Origin: Patescibacteria group bacterium
Lineage (GTDB): Bacteria; Patescibacteriota; Minisyncoccia; 2-02-FULL-40-12; GWA2-44-9
Assembly (NCBI GenBank): GCA_038062135.1
Contig: JBBTXT010000012.1
Span: 1 to 38,812, forward strand
DNA length: 38,812 nucleotides
Direction: 5' to 3'
Below, in pieces: positions 9,116-18,480 of this stretch. A program made the translations under genes and the position numbers. Numbering within the stretch: position 1 is the stretch's first letter; every line of letters starts with the position of its first letter. The notes below the pieces were generated by a model that worked only from the letters and a program-made list of their open reading frames with translations, had not been told where the DNA came from and did no database searches.

Positions 9116-9822
9116 TAGTTTTTTATATGAGTGTGGCTGTCGTGGTGGTGCTCATAAAGTCCCGCCTCGTGTCCGTATAAATGTGAAAGCGCTTCGGAGT
9201 TTAAAACTTCCTGCGGATGTCCGAAACAGACCATTTTCCCGTTTATACAGACAACCTTGGTTGCGTAGCGATATACCATATTTAAATCGTGCGACACCAC
9301 AATAACCGAAAGCCTCCTTTCGTCTTGCAGGCGCTTAAGCAAAAGATAAATAGCTTCTTCTCCGCCGGCGTCTATTCCCGTCGTCGGTTCGTCGTAAAGC
9401 AACACGTCCGGATGGTCAATTAACGACCAGCCGATCATCGCGCGCTGGAGTTGTCCGCCGGAAAGCGTGCCCAATCTCTGGTTTAATATCCTTTCATCAT
9501 TTAGACCGACGGCATTTAAAACTTCTGAAATTGTGCCCTTGCTAGCTTTTTTAAAAGCAAAAAATTCACGCACGCTTAACGGTAAACTTGTATCCACTGC
9601 GATCCGTTGAGGAACATAACCGATATGCGCATCCTTTTTCCAAGAAATCGTACCGGAGTAGGGGACGAGCCCCAGAAGTGCGCGAATAAGTACAGATTTT
9701 CCGGCGCCGTTAGGACCGATAACCGCTAGAACTTCGCCCTTATGCAAATCAAAAGAAACGTTCTTTAGAACATCTCTCTCAAATTTAACACCAACTTGGT
9801 CTACGGTGAGTAGCGCTTCCAT
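9115..9822 (-). CDS. znuC: Zn/Mn ABC transporter ATPase
   Basis: GPNGAGKS, LSGGQ, DEPTTGID, His-rich tail HHHDSHTH. Confidence 0.9.
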   Translation of the reverse strand: MEALLTVDQVGVKFERDVLKNVSFDLHKGEVLAVIGPNGAGKSVLIRALLGLVPYSGTISWKKDAHIGYVPQRIAVDTSLPLSVREFFAFKKASKGTISEVLNAVGLNDERILNQRLGTLSGGQLQRAMIGWSLIDHPDVLLYDEPTTGIDAGGEEAIYLLLKRLQDERRLSVIVVSHDLNMVYRYATKVVCINGKMVCFGHPQEVLNSEALSHLYGHEAGLYEHHHDSHTHIKN

Positions 9823-9854
9823 ACGATTATTCAGTATATCACGAGATCTAAAAC

Positions 9855-10802
9855 TTATTCTAAAACCGAGCCGATAAAATCTTTTTTACCATTGATAAAC
9901 TCTTTTGCGGACATTGCGCGGCCGCCCGCGATCTGGATAATTTCTAGTGCAAGTGATCCATGCCCGGTTGAAACGACAATATTTCCATCTCTCTCACTGA
10001 CCATTCCAATATCGTCATGATTTTCTTCAGTAGCCGGGTGAGCTTTTATAATTTTCAAAGTCTCACCATTCCACGTTGTCCAAGTACCAGGCTCGAGACC
10101 CAGTGCGCGTACACGATTGTAGATTTGTTCCACGGGACGAGACCAGTTTATTCGTCCATCGTCGCGGGTAAATACTTTTGCGAGCGTTGCTTGGGCATGA
10201 TCTTGTTTTTGAGGTTTTATCTCGCCTGAAAGATATTTTTTTAGAGTTACGACCAAAAATTCAGCTCCTTCTTTTCCGTACTCTTTCAATAAGTCTTCGT
10301 AATAGAGATCTCCTGGTATGGCAATTTTCTTTTGATCTAAAATCGGTCCGCTATCCACTTCCGGCTCAAGGAGTGCAACGGTTACTCCACTTTCTTTGTC
10401 GCCGTTCATTATCGCGGTTTGAAGGGGGGAGGCGCCTCGATATTTAGGCAGGAGCGAATAGTGGACGTTTATAAAACCAAGCGGAACAGCGTTCAAAAAT
10501 TCCGGCGGAAAAATCTTTCCGTACGAAATCACAATGCACAGATCGGGTCGTAACTCTCGAAGCTGGTTCAAAAATACACCGTCTCGCAATGTCGCCGGTT
10601 GAAAAACGGGAATACTTAATTCTTGTGCGGTTACTTTTGCGGGTGGGGGAGTCAGGGCGCCTTGCCTACCAGTCGGCTTGTCTGGCTGGGTTACCGCTCC
10701 GATGATATTAAAACCAGCTTTGCGGAGCGTGCGCAAAGTTTCCGCCGCTATTTCAGGAGTTCCGAAGAAAACTATTCTTTGTTTTTGATTTTCAGGCGGC
10801 AT
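9855..10802 (-). CDS. fmt: Methionyl-tRNA formyltransferase
   Basis: VFFGTPE, VTQPDKP.GR, NVHYSLLPKYRGASP. Confidence 0.96.
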   Translation of the reverse strand: MPPENQKQRIVFFGTPEIAAETLRTLRKAGFNIIGAVTQPDKPTGRQGALTPPPAKVTAQELSIPVFQPATLRDGVFLNQLRELRPDLCIVISYGKIFPPEFLNAVPLGFINVHYSLLPKYRGASPLQTAIMNGDKESGVTVALLEPEVDSGPILDQKKIAIPGDLYYEDLLKEYGKEGAEFLVVTLKKYLSGEIKPQKQDHAQATLAKVFTRDDGRINWSRPVEQIYNRVRALGLEPGTWTTWNGETLKIIKAHPATEENHDDIGMVSERDGNIVVSTGHGSLALEIIQIAGGRAMSAKEFINGKKDFIGSVLE

Positions 10803-10803
10803 A

Positions 10804-10846
10804 TTGATTAAATTAGTATTTTATTGTATTATATATTTAGGAGGAG
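10804..10846 (+). promoter_or_regulatory. sigma70 promoter and SD of mini-cassette 1
   Basis: TTGATT 10804-10809, 17 nt, TATTAT 10827-10832; AGGAGGAG 10839-10846. Confidence 0.7.
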
Positions 10847-10849
10847 TAC

Positions 10850-11083
10850 ATGCGCGAGATGCTTTTCGAGGTGGCGCCGTTAGTGCTTCCGGTCTCTGGT
10901 TTCCTTCTGGGGGTCGCGCTGGTCACGCTGGTTGCGGCGATCTGCGCCCAGGACGGATCGGTTCGGAAGTTCTTGCTGGGCACGAGCCTGGTGTTCGTCG
11001 TTGCACTCTTCGTGTTTGGCTGTTTCGGTCTCGTTGTCGCAATGGCGACCGTCAAGGAGGCACTGGTCGCCGGGGGCTCGTAG
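10850..11083 (+). CDS. Small two-TM membrane protein (GC-rich mini-cassette 1)
   Basis: 77 aa with two hydrophobic helices; own promoter, SD and terminator; about 60% GC in a sampled line. Confidence 0.75.
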   Translation: MREMLFEVAPLVLPVSGFLLGVALVTLVAAICAQDGSVRKFLLGTSLVFVVALFVFGCFGLVVAMATVKEALVAGGS

Positions 11084-11097
11084 CCCCCTTTTAATTT
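11072..11097 (+). terminator. Intrinsic terminator
   Basis: GGGGGCT-cgt-AGCCCCC followed by TTTTAATTT. Confidence 0.8.
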
Positions 11098-11567
11098 CCC
11101 GAACGGTCTTTGATCGTGACCCCATTTAGATGATCTGTCTCATGCTGAAGTACTTTTGCCAGCATCCCGCGCGCCTTTATTTTAATCTTATTGCCATCAA
11201 CATCGTACCCCTTAAATTTAATTTTCTTGGGCCTGCGGATCAATCCAGTAAAGCCGGGAATTGAAAGACAACCCTCCTCCATTTCATCCGCATCATTAGA
11301 TGATTCCGTAATCTCCGGATTAGCAAAAGCATTAGGGATTTTATTTTCTTCGGCTAGTTTTTTATCAATCACAAAAAAGCGAAGGTCGCGCCCGATTTGA
11401 TTTGCGGCCAGGCCGATGCCATTGGCTTCAAGCATGACCCCATGCATTTCATCGGCTAATTCTTTTATTTCCTTACCCCCAAACCAATCATCCGGCACGT
11501 CGTTTAAGCGTTTCTTTAGTAATGGATCAGGGAGGATGGTAAGTGTTGTTTTAGATTCCTTTGCCAC
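11091..11567 (-). CDS. def: Peptide deformylase
   Basis: GIGLAANQIG, EGCLS, QHETDHLNG. Confidence 0.97.
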   Translation of the reverse strand: MAKESKTTLTILPDPLLKKRLNDVPDDWFGGKEIKELADEMHGVMLEANGIGLAANQIGRDLRFFVIDKKLAEENKIPNAFANPEITESSNDADEMEEGCLSIPGFTGLIRRPKKIKFKGYDVDGNKIKIKARGMLAKVLQHETDHLNGVTIKDRSGN

Positions 11568-11602
11568 GCCAATATTCTAGCGAAAAACCCAGATTTAGGC
11601 AA

Positions 11603-13510
11603 TTAAACTGCGCTTCTTGGATCGGGTTCTATATACCAAGTTGTCGGGACGTATTTCAAAATAGTATCTAATCGCATGTCGGGCGAAATTTTTAGAAGAA
11701 TTGCATAAGCGTATAATCCTTTTTCTCTGGCGGTAAATGCGGGATTTGCACCCATAATTTTTACAAAATCCGAAAGTTTGTCGTGCTGGATTGCTTGGTT
11801 GAGGCGGGCAAACAGCTCCCTGGCGGCAAACGACGCGCGCGAAGCCGTGTTGTGTCGGAAAGTAAGCTTCACAAGCCTACAAAACGGCGGGTATCCGAGT
11901 AATTTTCGAACCGAAAGTTCGTTTTTATAAAATTCTAGGTAATCTCTAGCAACAAAAGCTTTCAAGACCTCGTTTTCGGGGCGGAATGTCTGGATAACCA
12001 GACGTTGAGGTTGAAAATCAAGCAGGCATTCCATTAATTGAATAAATCTTTCGTCGGTGCGAAAGTCAGGGTTTGTCGCGAGTGTGTCGGCGGTGGGAAC
12101 GATGATTAAATCAAAACGTTCCGAGAATCTGTAGCTAAAAATAATCGGTGTTGCAATGATAATCGTATTTGGTTTTTTTTTAATATTGTTCCAGGCCTCG
12201 TGTTCATGTTCTTCGGTTCGGATAAGGTCGGTGTCAAAAACAGCGGTCGGAGTATTTTCAATGTTTGAACGCACAAGCAGGCGCTGGATTGATTCTTCAA
12301 TTTTTTGGCTTCCTGGCGAGCCAGACGGATAAAACTTTGTTCCTTTGCACTTCGGACACTCCTTCGGCCAATTCCTGAATGCGCCGCACTTATAACACAC
12401 AAGCATTGATTCGCCGGCATCCGAAATCTTATTAACGCGCATCGGAATACTGCAATTTTCGCAATTGGTTGTCGTTTTACATCGTTCACAAACCAGGATC
12501 GCGGAGTATCCTTTGCGGCCGGATAATATGAGAATTCTTTTTTTATTCACAACGGCTTCTATGATCAGGTTTTGGACCCGCAGGCTTAAGAGGGGAATAT
12601 CACTCCTGGATTCTTGAGTAAGGGAAATTATTTCTATAGAAGTTTTACTCTTTTCGTTTTTCTCGCTGACCAATTCGGATTGATAAGAATCGCTGACTGA
12701 AACAAATGAAGAAACAATAACCATCTGTGCGCCGGTTAGATCAGCGATTTGCCGTGCCGTTTCAACCGCTTCGTATTTTGGAGTAGTGTCCGATTTATAG
12801 CCTTCCTGGTCGGAATCAATAGCGATTATTTTTTTGAGATTGCTCCAGGGCAGGAATAATACTGAACGCGTTCCAATAACGATACTTGAATCGCCAGAGG
12901 CAATCTTTTGCCAAAGAGCGAATGACTCCGAGTTGGGCAATCTGCCGCGAGCGACGACGATATTCTTATTAAATTCTCTACACATATCTGCGAAGAAATC
13001 TATCATCTGGCGATCCGGGACAAGGATCAATGACTGACCTTCATTTCCTGAAAGACTGTCCTTAATTATTTTACGAATTGTTGTGCTATTTGCGGTTACT
13101 AACCTTGTTGGATTAATTTTGGTGGGGGAGGGGAGTTGTGTTTTTTGCCGATCCGAAAGAATATATTTTTTCTTGCCAAAAAATTGAGGCAGGACAGTTT
13201 TAAGCGCTAATCCGAGCGGGGCATAATACTGTTTTGCGAGCCATGCCGTAACTTTTAATTGGAGTGAAGTTGTTTGCGGAATTTCCGTAAAGACACCGAC
13301 CAGTTTTTTTAGTTGAAATCCAGATTTTTTAACGGAGATTTTTCTACCAGTTAAAGCTTCGGAACCGATTACGATTGCTAAAACCTCTCGTCTTCCAATG
13401 GGAGCCTTAACGACTGCTCCATGGGGCAATTGAGTATCAAAATAGTAACTTAAAACCTGCGGCGCCTGGGGCGGTAAGGAGGCTAATGGAATAACTTCAA
13501 TAATGTACAT
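11603..13510 (-). CDS. priA: Primosomal protein N' (PriA) with degenerate helicase motifs
   Basis: N-terminal 3'-binding domain, IVIGTRS..F.P, Cys-rich region with four CxxC, GYPPF; no GxGKT or DEEH. Confidence 0.85.
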   Translation of the reverse strand: MYIIEVIPLASLPPQAPQVLSYYFDTQLPHGAVVKAPIGRREVLAIVIGSEALTGRKISVKKSGFQLKKLVGVFTEIPQTTSLQLKVTAWLAKQYYAPLGLALKTVLPQFFGKKKYILSDRQKTQLPSPTKINPTRLVTANSTTIRKIIKDSLSGNEGQSLILVPDRQMIDFFADMCREFNKNIVVARGRLPNSESFALWQKIASGDSSIVIGTRSVLFLPWSNLKKIIAIDSDQEGYKSDTTPKYEAVETARQIADLTGAQMVIVSSFVSVSDSYQSELVSEKNEKSKTSIEIISLTQESRSDIPLLSLRVQNLIIEAVVNKKRILILSGRKGYSAILVCERCKTTTNCENCSIPMRVNKISDAGESMLVCYKCGAFRNWPKECPKCKGTKFYPSGSPGSQKIEESIQRLLVRSNIENTPTAVFDTDLIRTEEHEHEAWNNIKKKPNTIIIATPIIFSYRFSERFDLIIVPTADTLATNPDFRTDERFIQLMECLLDFQPQRLVIQTFRPENEVLKAFVARDYLEFYKNELSVRKLLGYPPFCRLVKLTFRHNTASRASFAARELFARLNQAIQHDKLSDFVKIMGANPAFTAREKGLYAYAILLKISPDMRLDTILKYVPTTWYIEPDPRSAV

Positions 13511-13622
13511 CCTGGCTAGATTGTACGGTAGATATAAATAAACGCGATATTGACAGCCGGCCGCCCCGCTTGTGGAATAAAGTCTGTTCGTTTTTATGGA
13601 CGTTTGGGATATAATTAACCCA

Positions 13623-14975
13623 ATGTCTGTAAGAGTAAGAATCGCCCCGAGTCCAACGGGGAATATGCATATCGGAACGGCCTACGCCGCGGCTTTTAAT
13701 TTGTTGTTTGCTCGGCATAACAACGGCCAGTTTATTATAAGAATAGAAGACACGGATGTTGAGCGGTCAAATAAGGAGTATGAAAAGAGTATTTTAGACG
13801 GCCTTGAATGGCTGGGCATCAAGTCTGACGAGCCGGTAACACGGGATAGCGAACGCTTGGCGATTTACCGTTCGTATATAGAAAAACTTTTGGAATCAGG
13901 AAAAGCTTTTTGGTGTCACCACACTAAAGCAGAATTGGAAGCTGAACAAAAAGAGCAAATGGCCAACAAACAGCCCACGCGCCATGTTTGTTCAAATAAA
14001 AATACTGAATTGGCAAAAACACCCGGAGCCGTTATTCGATTGGCGGTTGAGGATGAAGATAATATTGTTGGATTTGAAGATGTTATTCGCGGAAGAATAG
14101 AAGTCAGTCAGCGCTCGCTTGGCGACTTAAGCATTGCAAAGAGTCTTGATACTCCGCTCTACAATTTTGCGGTCGTGGTTGATGATATAGAAATGAAAAT
14201 CAGCCATGTCATCCGGGGTGAGGACCATATATCCAATACTCCCAAGCAGATACTTATTTACCAAGCATTAGGCGCTGAACTGCCAAAGTTTGCGCATATG
14301 CCGTTAATGCTCGGCACGGATCGTTCAAAATTATCTAAGCGCCATGGGGCGGTGTCGGTAGTGGAATATCAAAAAGATTACCTACCGGAGGCGTTAATGA
14401 ATTTTATCTGTTCGCTTGGCTATACTTTTTCAAAAGAAATCATGACCTTCAACGAAATGGTTGAGGAGTTTGAATTAGAAAAGATGCATAAATCCGGTGC
14501 GATTTTTGATGTTAAAAAATTAAATTGGATAAACGCGCAGTATGCCCGCACTCTCACCCTAGATAAGTTAAGAGAAGTCACGGGGATAAAAGAAATTCCT
14601 AATTCCGCGGTAACGATCATTACCGAACGCTTGGAAAAACTAAGCGAGGTCTCTAATTTTAAATATCTTTGGCAGCGCCCCGATTGTGAGCCGGGATTAT
14701 TGGCATGGAAAGAAGCACCCAATGACCAGACGGTCCGAGCCCTAACCGCAGTGAGGACAATCGTGGCGGATATTCCGGTTCTGGACGCTCCAGCCTTGCG
14801 TTCCGAGCTAGATGAACTTTCAAAAGATTACGGGGGCAGGGGAGCAGTATATTGGCCGTTTAGGGTGGCCTTAAGCGGAGAAAAAGCCTCTCCCGACCCC
14901 ACAGGCATAGCTTCTGTAATCGGCCGAGAAGAAACGCTGGAAAGAATAAACCTTGCTTTGCGCAAGCTTGCTTAG
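13623..14975 (+). CDS. gltX: Glutamate--tRNA ligase
   Basis: RVRIAPSPTG.MHIG, RIEDTD, RGEDH.SNTPKQ, KLSKR; start placed at ATG 13623, 7 nt after TATAAT. Confidence 0.96.
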   Translation: MSVRVRIAPSPTGNMHIGTAYAAAFNLLFARHNNGQFIIRIEDTDVERSNKEYEKSILDGLEWLGIKSDEPVTRDSERLAIYRSYIEKLLESGKAFWCHHTKAELEAEQKEQMANKQPTRHVCSNKNTELAKTPGAVIRLAVEDEDNIVGFEDVIRGRIEVSQRSLGDLSIAKSLDTPLYNFAVVVDDIEMKISHVIRGEDHISNTPKQILIYQALGAELPKFAHMPLMLGTDRSKLSKRHGAVSVVEYQKDYLPEALMNFICSLGYTFSKEIMTFNEMVEEFELEKMHKSGAIFDVKKLNWINAQYARTLTLDKLREVTGIKEIPNSAVTIITERLEKLSEVSNFKYLWQRPDCEPGLLAWKEAPNDQTVRALTAVRTIVADIPVLDAPALRSELDELSKDYGGRGAVYWPFRVALSGEKASPDPTGIASVIGREETLERINLALRKLA

Positions 14976-14984
14976 TTATTAATA

Positions 14985-16241
14985 ATGAATAATTTCCGAT
15001 TATTAATTCTGACCGGAACCGTGTTGGTTCTACTGGCTGTGCTTCCAGTTTCTGTTAACGCACAGACCGATTCGGAAAGAATAGAAGACCTTAAAAATCA
15101 GATAGAACTTCTTGAAGCGCAGGCCGACCAGTATCGCAACGGTATTGCAAGTGAACGTGCAAAGGCGGCATCTTTACAGCAAGAGATTAATGTCATAAAA
15201 AAAGAGATTCAGTCCCTTGAAACACAAATCGTCCTTACGGATAAAAAAATAGGTAAAACCGAATTAGAGATCACGGGCGTCAGCAATAATATTAGTAGTA
15301 CCGAGATCAATATCAATCGACAGAAAGAAAGTATCGGCCGCTTACTCCTGTTTCTTAATCAAAGGGATAGTGAAAACTTAATTGCGCTTTTGATGAAAAA
15401 TGACAGTTTTTCAGAATTTTTCAGACAGGAACAATACGCAGAAAACATAAGCACCCAGCTCGTGTCGCTCATTGGAGAACTTAAACAAGTTAAAGAAAAA
15501 CTTGCCGATGACCGAGCAGATCTCGAACAGTACCAAGGCCAGCTTGAGCAGCTTAATCAGGAACGCGAAGCCAAAAAGGTTTCTCTCGCCGGCGTAAAAT
15601 CTGGCCGCGATACCCTCTTAAAGCGAACAAAGGGGCAGGAAGCGGAATACCAGCGCATGCTTGCGGAAGTGGAAAAGAAAAAGACCGAATTCTTCACAGA
15701 GTTACAGCAACTTGAAAACAAAGTTATCGCCGGAGGCTTGTATATTGTTCGTGTAACCGCACCCAAGGTTCCCCCGAAAGGGAAAATTTTTCAATGGCCC
15801 GAGGACGGTTACGTTATTACGCAAGGATACGGTTGTACAAAGTATTCAAAATACTGCTCTCCTCGCGGCCCGTACGGTACGGCCGGCCATAACGGTATTG
15901 ATATGACAAGCGGCCGCGGTACGCCGATAAAATCAATAGGGGATGGAACCGTAATTGCAAATGGAACCAATGACGGATTCGGGAACTGGGTGGCAATCCA
16001 GCACACTAACGATCTTGTCAGCGTTTACGGGCATATGAGCTCGTTTACTTCGCGGGCAATCGTCGGCACCGCGCTCGGGGTCGGCGAAGCCATTGGTTAC
16101 GAAGGCTCTACCGGAAATTCTACCGGTTCGCACCTCCACCTAAGTTTATATAAAGATTTCTTCACGTATAAGAACGAAAAAAAGAACCAACTCTACTTTA
16201 ACTATTTTGAAGGCTCAATTAATCCTGCGAATTACCTATGA
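14985..16241 (+). CDS. Secreted coiled-coil M23 peptidase (murein hydrolase)
   Basis: Signal peptide (VNA-Q), long coiled coil, intact HNGID and HLH zinc motifs. Confidence 0.9.
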   Translation: MNNFRLLILTGTVLVLLAVLPVSVNAQTDSERIEDLKNQIELLEAQADQYRNGIASERAKAASLQQEINVIKKEIQSLETQIVLTDKKIGKTELEITGVSNNISSTEININRQKESIGRLLLFLNQRDSENLIALLMKNDSFSEFFRQEQYAENISTQLVSLIGELKQVKEKLADDRADLEQYQGQLEQLNQEREAKKVSLAGVKSGRDTLLKRTKGQEAEYQRMLAEVEKKKTEFFTELQQLENKVIAGGLYIVRVTAPKVPPKGKIFQWPEDGYVITQGYGCTKYSKYCSPRGPYGTAGHNGIDMTSGRGTPIKSIGDGTVIANGTNDGFGNWVAIQHTNDLVSVYGHMSSFTSRAIVGTALGVGEAIGYEGSTGNSTGSHLHLSLYKDFFTYKNEKKNQLYFNYFEGSINPANYL

Positions 16242-17485
16242 TGGGCAAGATACTGATTCTTGGCGGAGGATTTGGAGGAATCCGTGCCGCTCTTGATCTT
16301 GAGAAGCGGCTTGGTGATAGTGCTTCAATAACATTGATTGATAAAAACGGGTACCACGCTTTTACTCCGTCTCTATACGAAGTCGCGACGGCTGATGGCG
16401 TGTTTGGGGATTCATTCAACATGCGCCTGCGAAAGACTATCTGCATACCGCATGCTGATATTTTCAAAAATAAAAAAATAAACTTTATTCAGGGCGAAGT
16501 GGTAAGGGTTGATCTTGAACGCAAAACTGTTTATACGCGTGGAGAAGGGGAGTTTAATTACGATTACCTCATTATCGGGCTTGGAAGCGAACCGGCCAAC
16601 TTTGATATACCCGGCGTTGCGGACTATGCCTATCAGTTTAAGACCATTGAACATGGCTTGATGATAAATCAAAGATTGGAATCTATTTTTTCAGACATCA
16701 AAGAAAATCGTCGCGGACAAGGGATGAGAATAGTGGTCGCGGGTGGCGGATTTACAGGTATTGAATTTGCGGCCGAAGTTGCGGTGAGCGTCCGCAGGAT
16801 GGCTCGTGAATACGGCATTAATCAGCGCGCAGTACAACTTACGATTATTGAGGCTAGTGATCGCATCTTGCCGGACATTTCTGATGGCGACCGCCGGATT
16901 ATAATAGACAGACTTACTGGTCTGGGTGTTGTGGTTGTGGCGGGGACCAGGGTGCAGGAGGTCGATCCCGATTTCATCAAGCTCTCAAACGGCCAAACTC
17001 TGACGAGCGATTTAACCGCTTGGACCGCTGGAATACGGCCGAATAGATTTTTAAAAGAGATAATCGGACTTGCGCTTACTGAACAGGGCAAGATTATCGT
17101 TGATGAACATCTGAATACCGCCGCCGACCCGACAGTATTCGCCGTTGGAGATGCTGTTGAGTTTATAGATCACAGAACAAAAAAATCTGAGCCGTCACTT
17201 GCGTATGTAGCTATTAATCACGGAAAAATAGTTGCGGAAAATATTATCCAAAGCATTAATAAAAAAGAATTTAAATCCCACCTTCCGTTTACGCAGGTTT
17301 GGGTGGCTCCGGTCGGCGGTAAGTTCGCCGTTGCTCATCTGGGAAGCTTCGGTACGTTTAAGGGAACACTCGGGTGGATTATAAGAGGGTTGGTTGACCT
17401 GAGGTACTTCATGTCTATTCTACCATGGCTCAATGCTTTGAGATTGTTCCGCGAAGACGTAGAGGTATTTACAAAAAATGATTAA
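16238..17485 (+). CDS. ndh: Type II NADH dehydrogenase-like FAD/NAD oxidoreductase
   Basis: Two GxGxxG folds (ILGGGFGG, VAGGGFTGIE), WTAG, FAVGD. Confidence 0.85.
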   Translation: MMGKILILGGGFGGIRAALDLEKRLGDSASITLIDKNGYHAFTPSLYEVATADGVFGDSFNMRLRKTICIPHADIFKNKKINFIQGEVVRVDLERKTVYTRGEGEFNYDYLIIGLGSEPANFDIPGVADYAYQFKTIEHGLMINQRLESIFSDIKENRRGQGMRIVVAGGGFTGIEFAAEVAVSVRRMAREYGINQRAVQLTIIEASDRILPDISDGDRRIIIDRLTGLGVVVVAGTRVQEVDPDFIKLSNGQTLTSDLTAWTAGIRPNRFLKEIIGLALTEQGKIIVDEHLNTAADPTVFAVGDAVEFIDHRTKKSEPSLAYVAINHGKIVAENIIQSINKKEFKSHLPFTQVWVAPVGGKFAVAHLGSFGTFKGTLGWIIRGLVDLRYFMSILPWLNALRLFREDVEVFTKND

Positions 17486-17688
17486 TGTTGTCTTTTATGT
17501 TTTGAGTAGGGAAGTGGGGTGCCCGATGGGGAGGGGTATAAAACAGGAAATAAACAAGGCGAGTTAACAGAGAACAAAGACACTGGGGAAAATATTTCTG
17601 ATACTAAAATAGGCGATACGAAGTGGTGAATTTAAGTTTTTGAATTATTAGGATTTTAGAACGATTCATAAGGATTCTTTTGTATATA

Positions 17689-17716
17689 ATGTCGCATAAG
17701 CCACATTGTGCGACTG
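17689..17716. other. dif-like Xer recombination site (symmetric, 11-6-11)
   Basis: ATGTCGCATAA-GCCACA-TTGTGCGACTG; left arm resembles the XerC arm GGTGCGCATAA; lies in a 320-bp non-coding gap. Confidence 0.6.
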
Positions 17717-17805
17717 TGTTAATGCTTTAAAACACCACTTCCCCGGCCAAAAAATGGACTCTTTAAGCCTTGTGGTTATATTCCCGAACGGATACAATGG
17801 ACTCC

Positions 17806-18480
17806 ATGCCAAGACTTGTATTTGATATAGAAACGGTGGGAGCTGAATTTGAAAGCCTGGATGAAACCTCGCAGTCTTCCCTTCTCCGCTACGCCCAGAC
17901 CCCAGAGGATGAAGAGGAAATAAAACAGCATACCGGATTTTCCCCGCTCACGGGACAGATTGTAGCGATAGGCATTCTTAATCCGGATACCAACAAGGGT
18001 GCAGTTCACTTCCAGGCTCCTGAAGCGAATTTAAAGACCGTTGAGGAAAATGATGTGCAGTATATCCCCTCTACCGAAAAAGAAATTCTAGAAAACTTTT
18101 GGGAAGTCATTCGCTACTACGATCAGTATGTAACTTTTAATGGCCGCGCTTTTGATTGTCCGTATATTATGATCCGTTCCGCTATTCTGGGCATTAAGCC
18201 CTCGCGGAACCTGATGCAATATCGGTACAGCACCGAAGCACACATTGACCTCCTTGATCAGCTTTCTTTTTACGGCGCGGTGCGAAAACCGGGCAACCTG
18301 CACCTCTGGTGCCAGGCGTTCGGAATCACCAGCCCCAAGGCCAAGGGCGTATCCGGCGACGACGTGGCGCGCCTCTTTAAGGAAAAAGAATTCCTCAATA
18401 TCGCCCGCTATTGCTTTGACGACATCAAAGCGACCGCCGAACTCTTTCGGCGGTGGGAGAAGTACGTCAACATCAAATGA
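17806..18480 (+). CDS. Stand-alone DEDD 3'-5' exonuclease (PolB-exo / RNase H-like fold)
   Basis: FDIET (ExoI), TFNGRAFD (ExoII), YCFDD (ExoIII); start ATG 17806, 7 nt after TACAAT. Confidence 0.88.
   Translation: MPRLVFDIETVGAEFESLDETSQSSLLRYAQTPEDEEEIKQHTGFSPLTGQIVAIGILNPDTNKGAVHFQAPEANLKTVEENDVQYIPSTEKEILENFWEVIRYYDQYVTFNGRAFDCPYIMIRSAILGIKPSRNLMQYRYSTEAHIDLLDQLSFYGAVRKPGNLHLWCQAFGITSPKAKGVSGDDVARLFKEKEFLNIARYCFDDIKATAELFRRWEKYVNIK

Noticed and set aside
10837-11129. Alternative overlapping ORFs in the def-fmt gap
   Set aside because: Only 10850-11083 has a matching promoter, SD and terminator; the others are by-products of high GC
17486-17805. RNase P RNA, tmRNA or oriC in the largest gap
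   Set aside because: No GAGGAAAGUCC, no tRNA-like ends and no cluster of TTATCCACA boxes (only 2-mismatch look-alikes)
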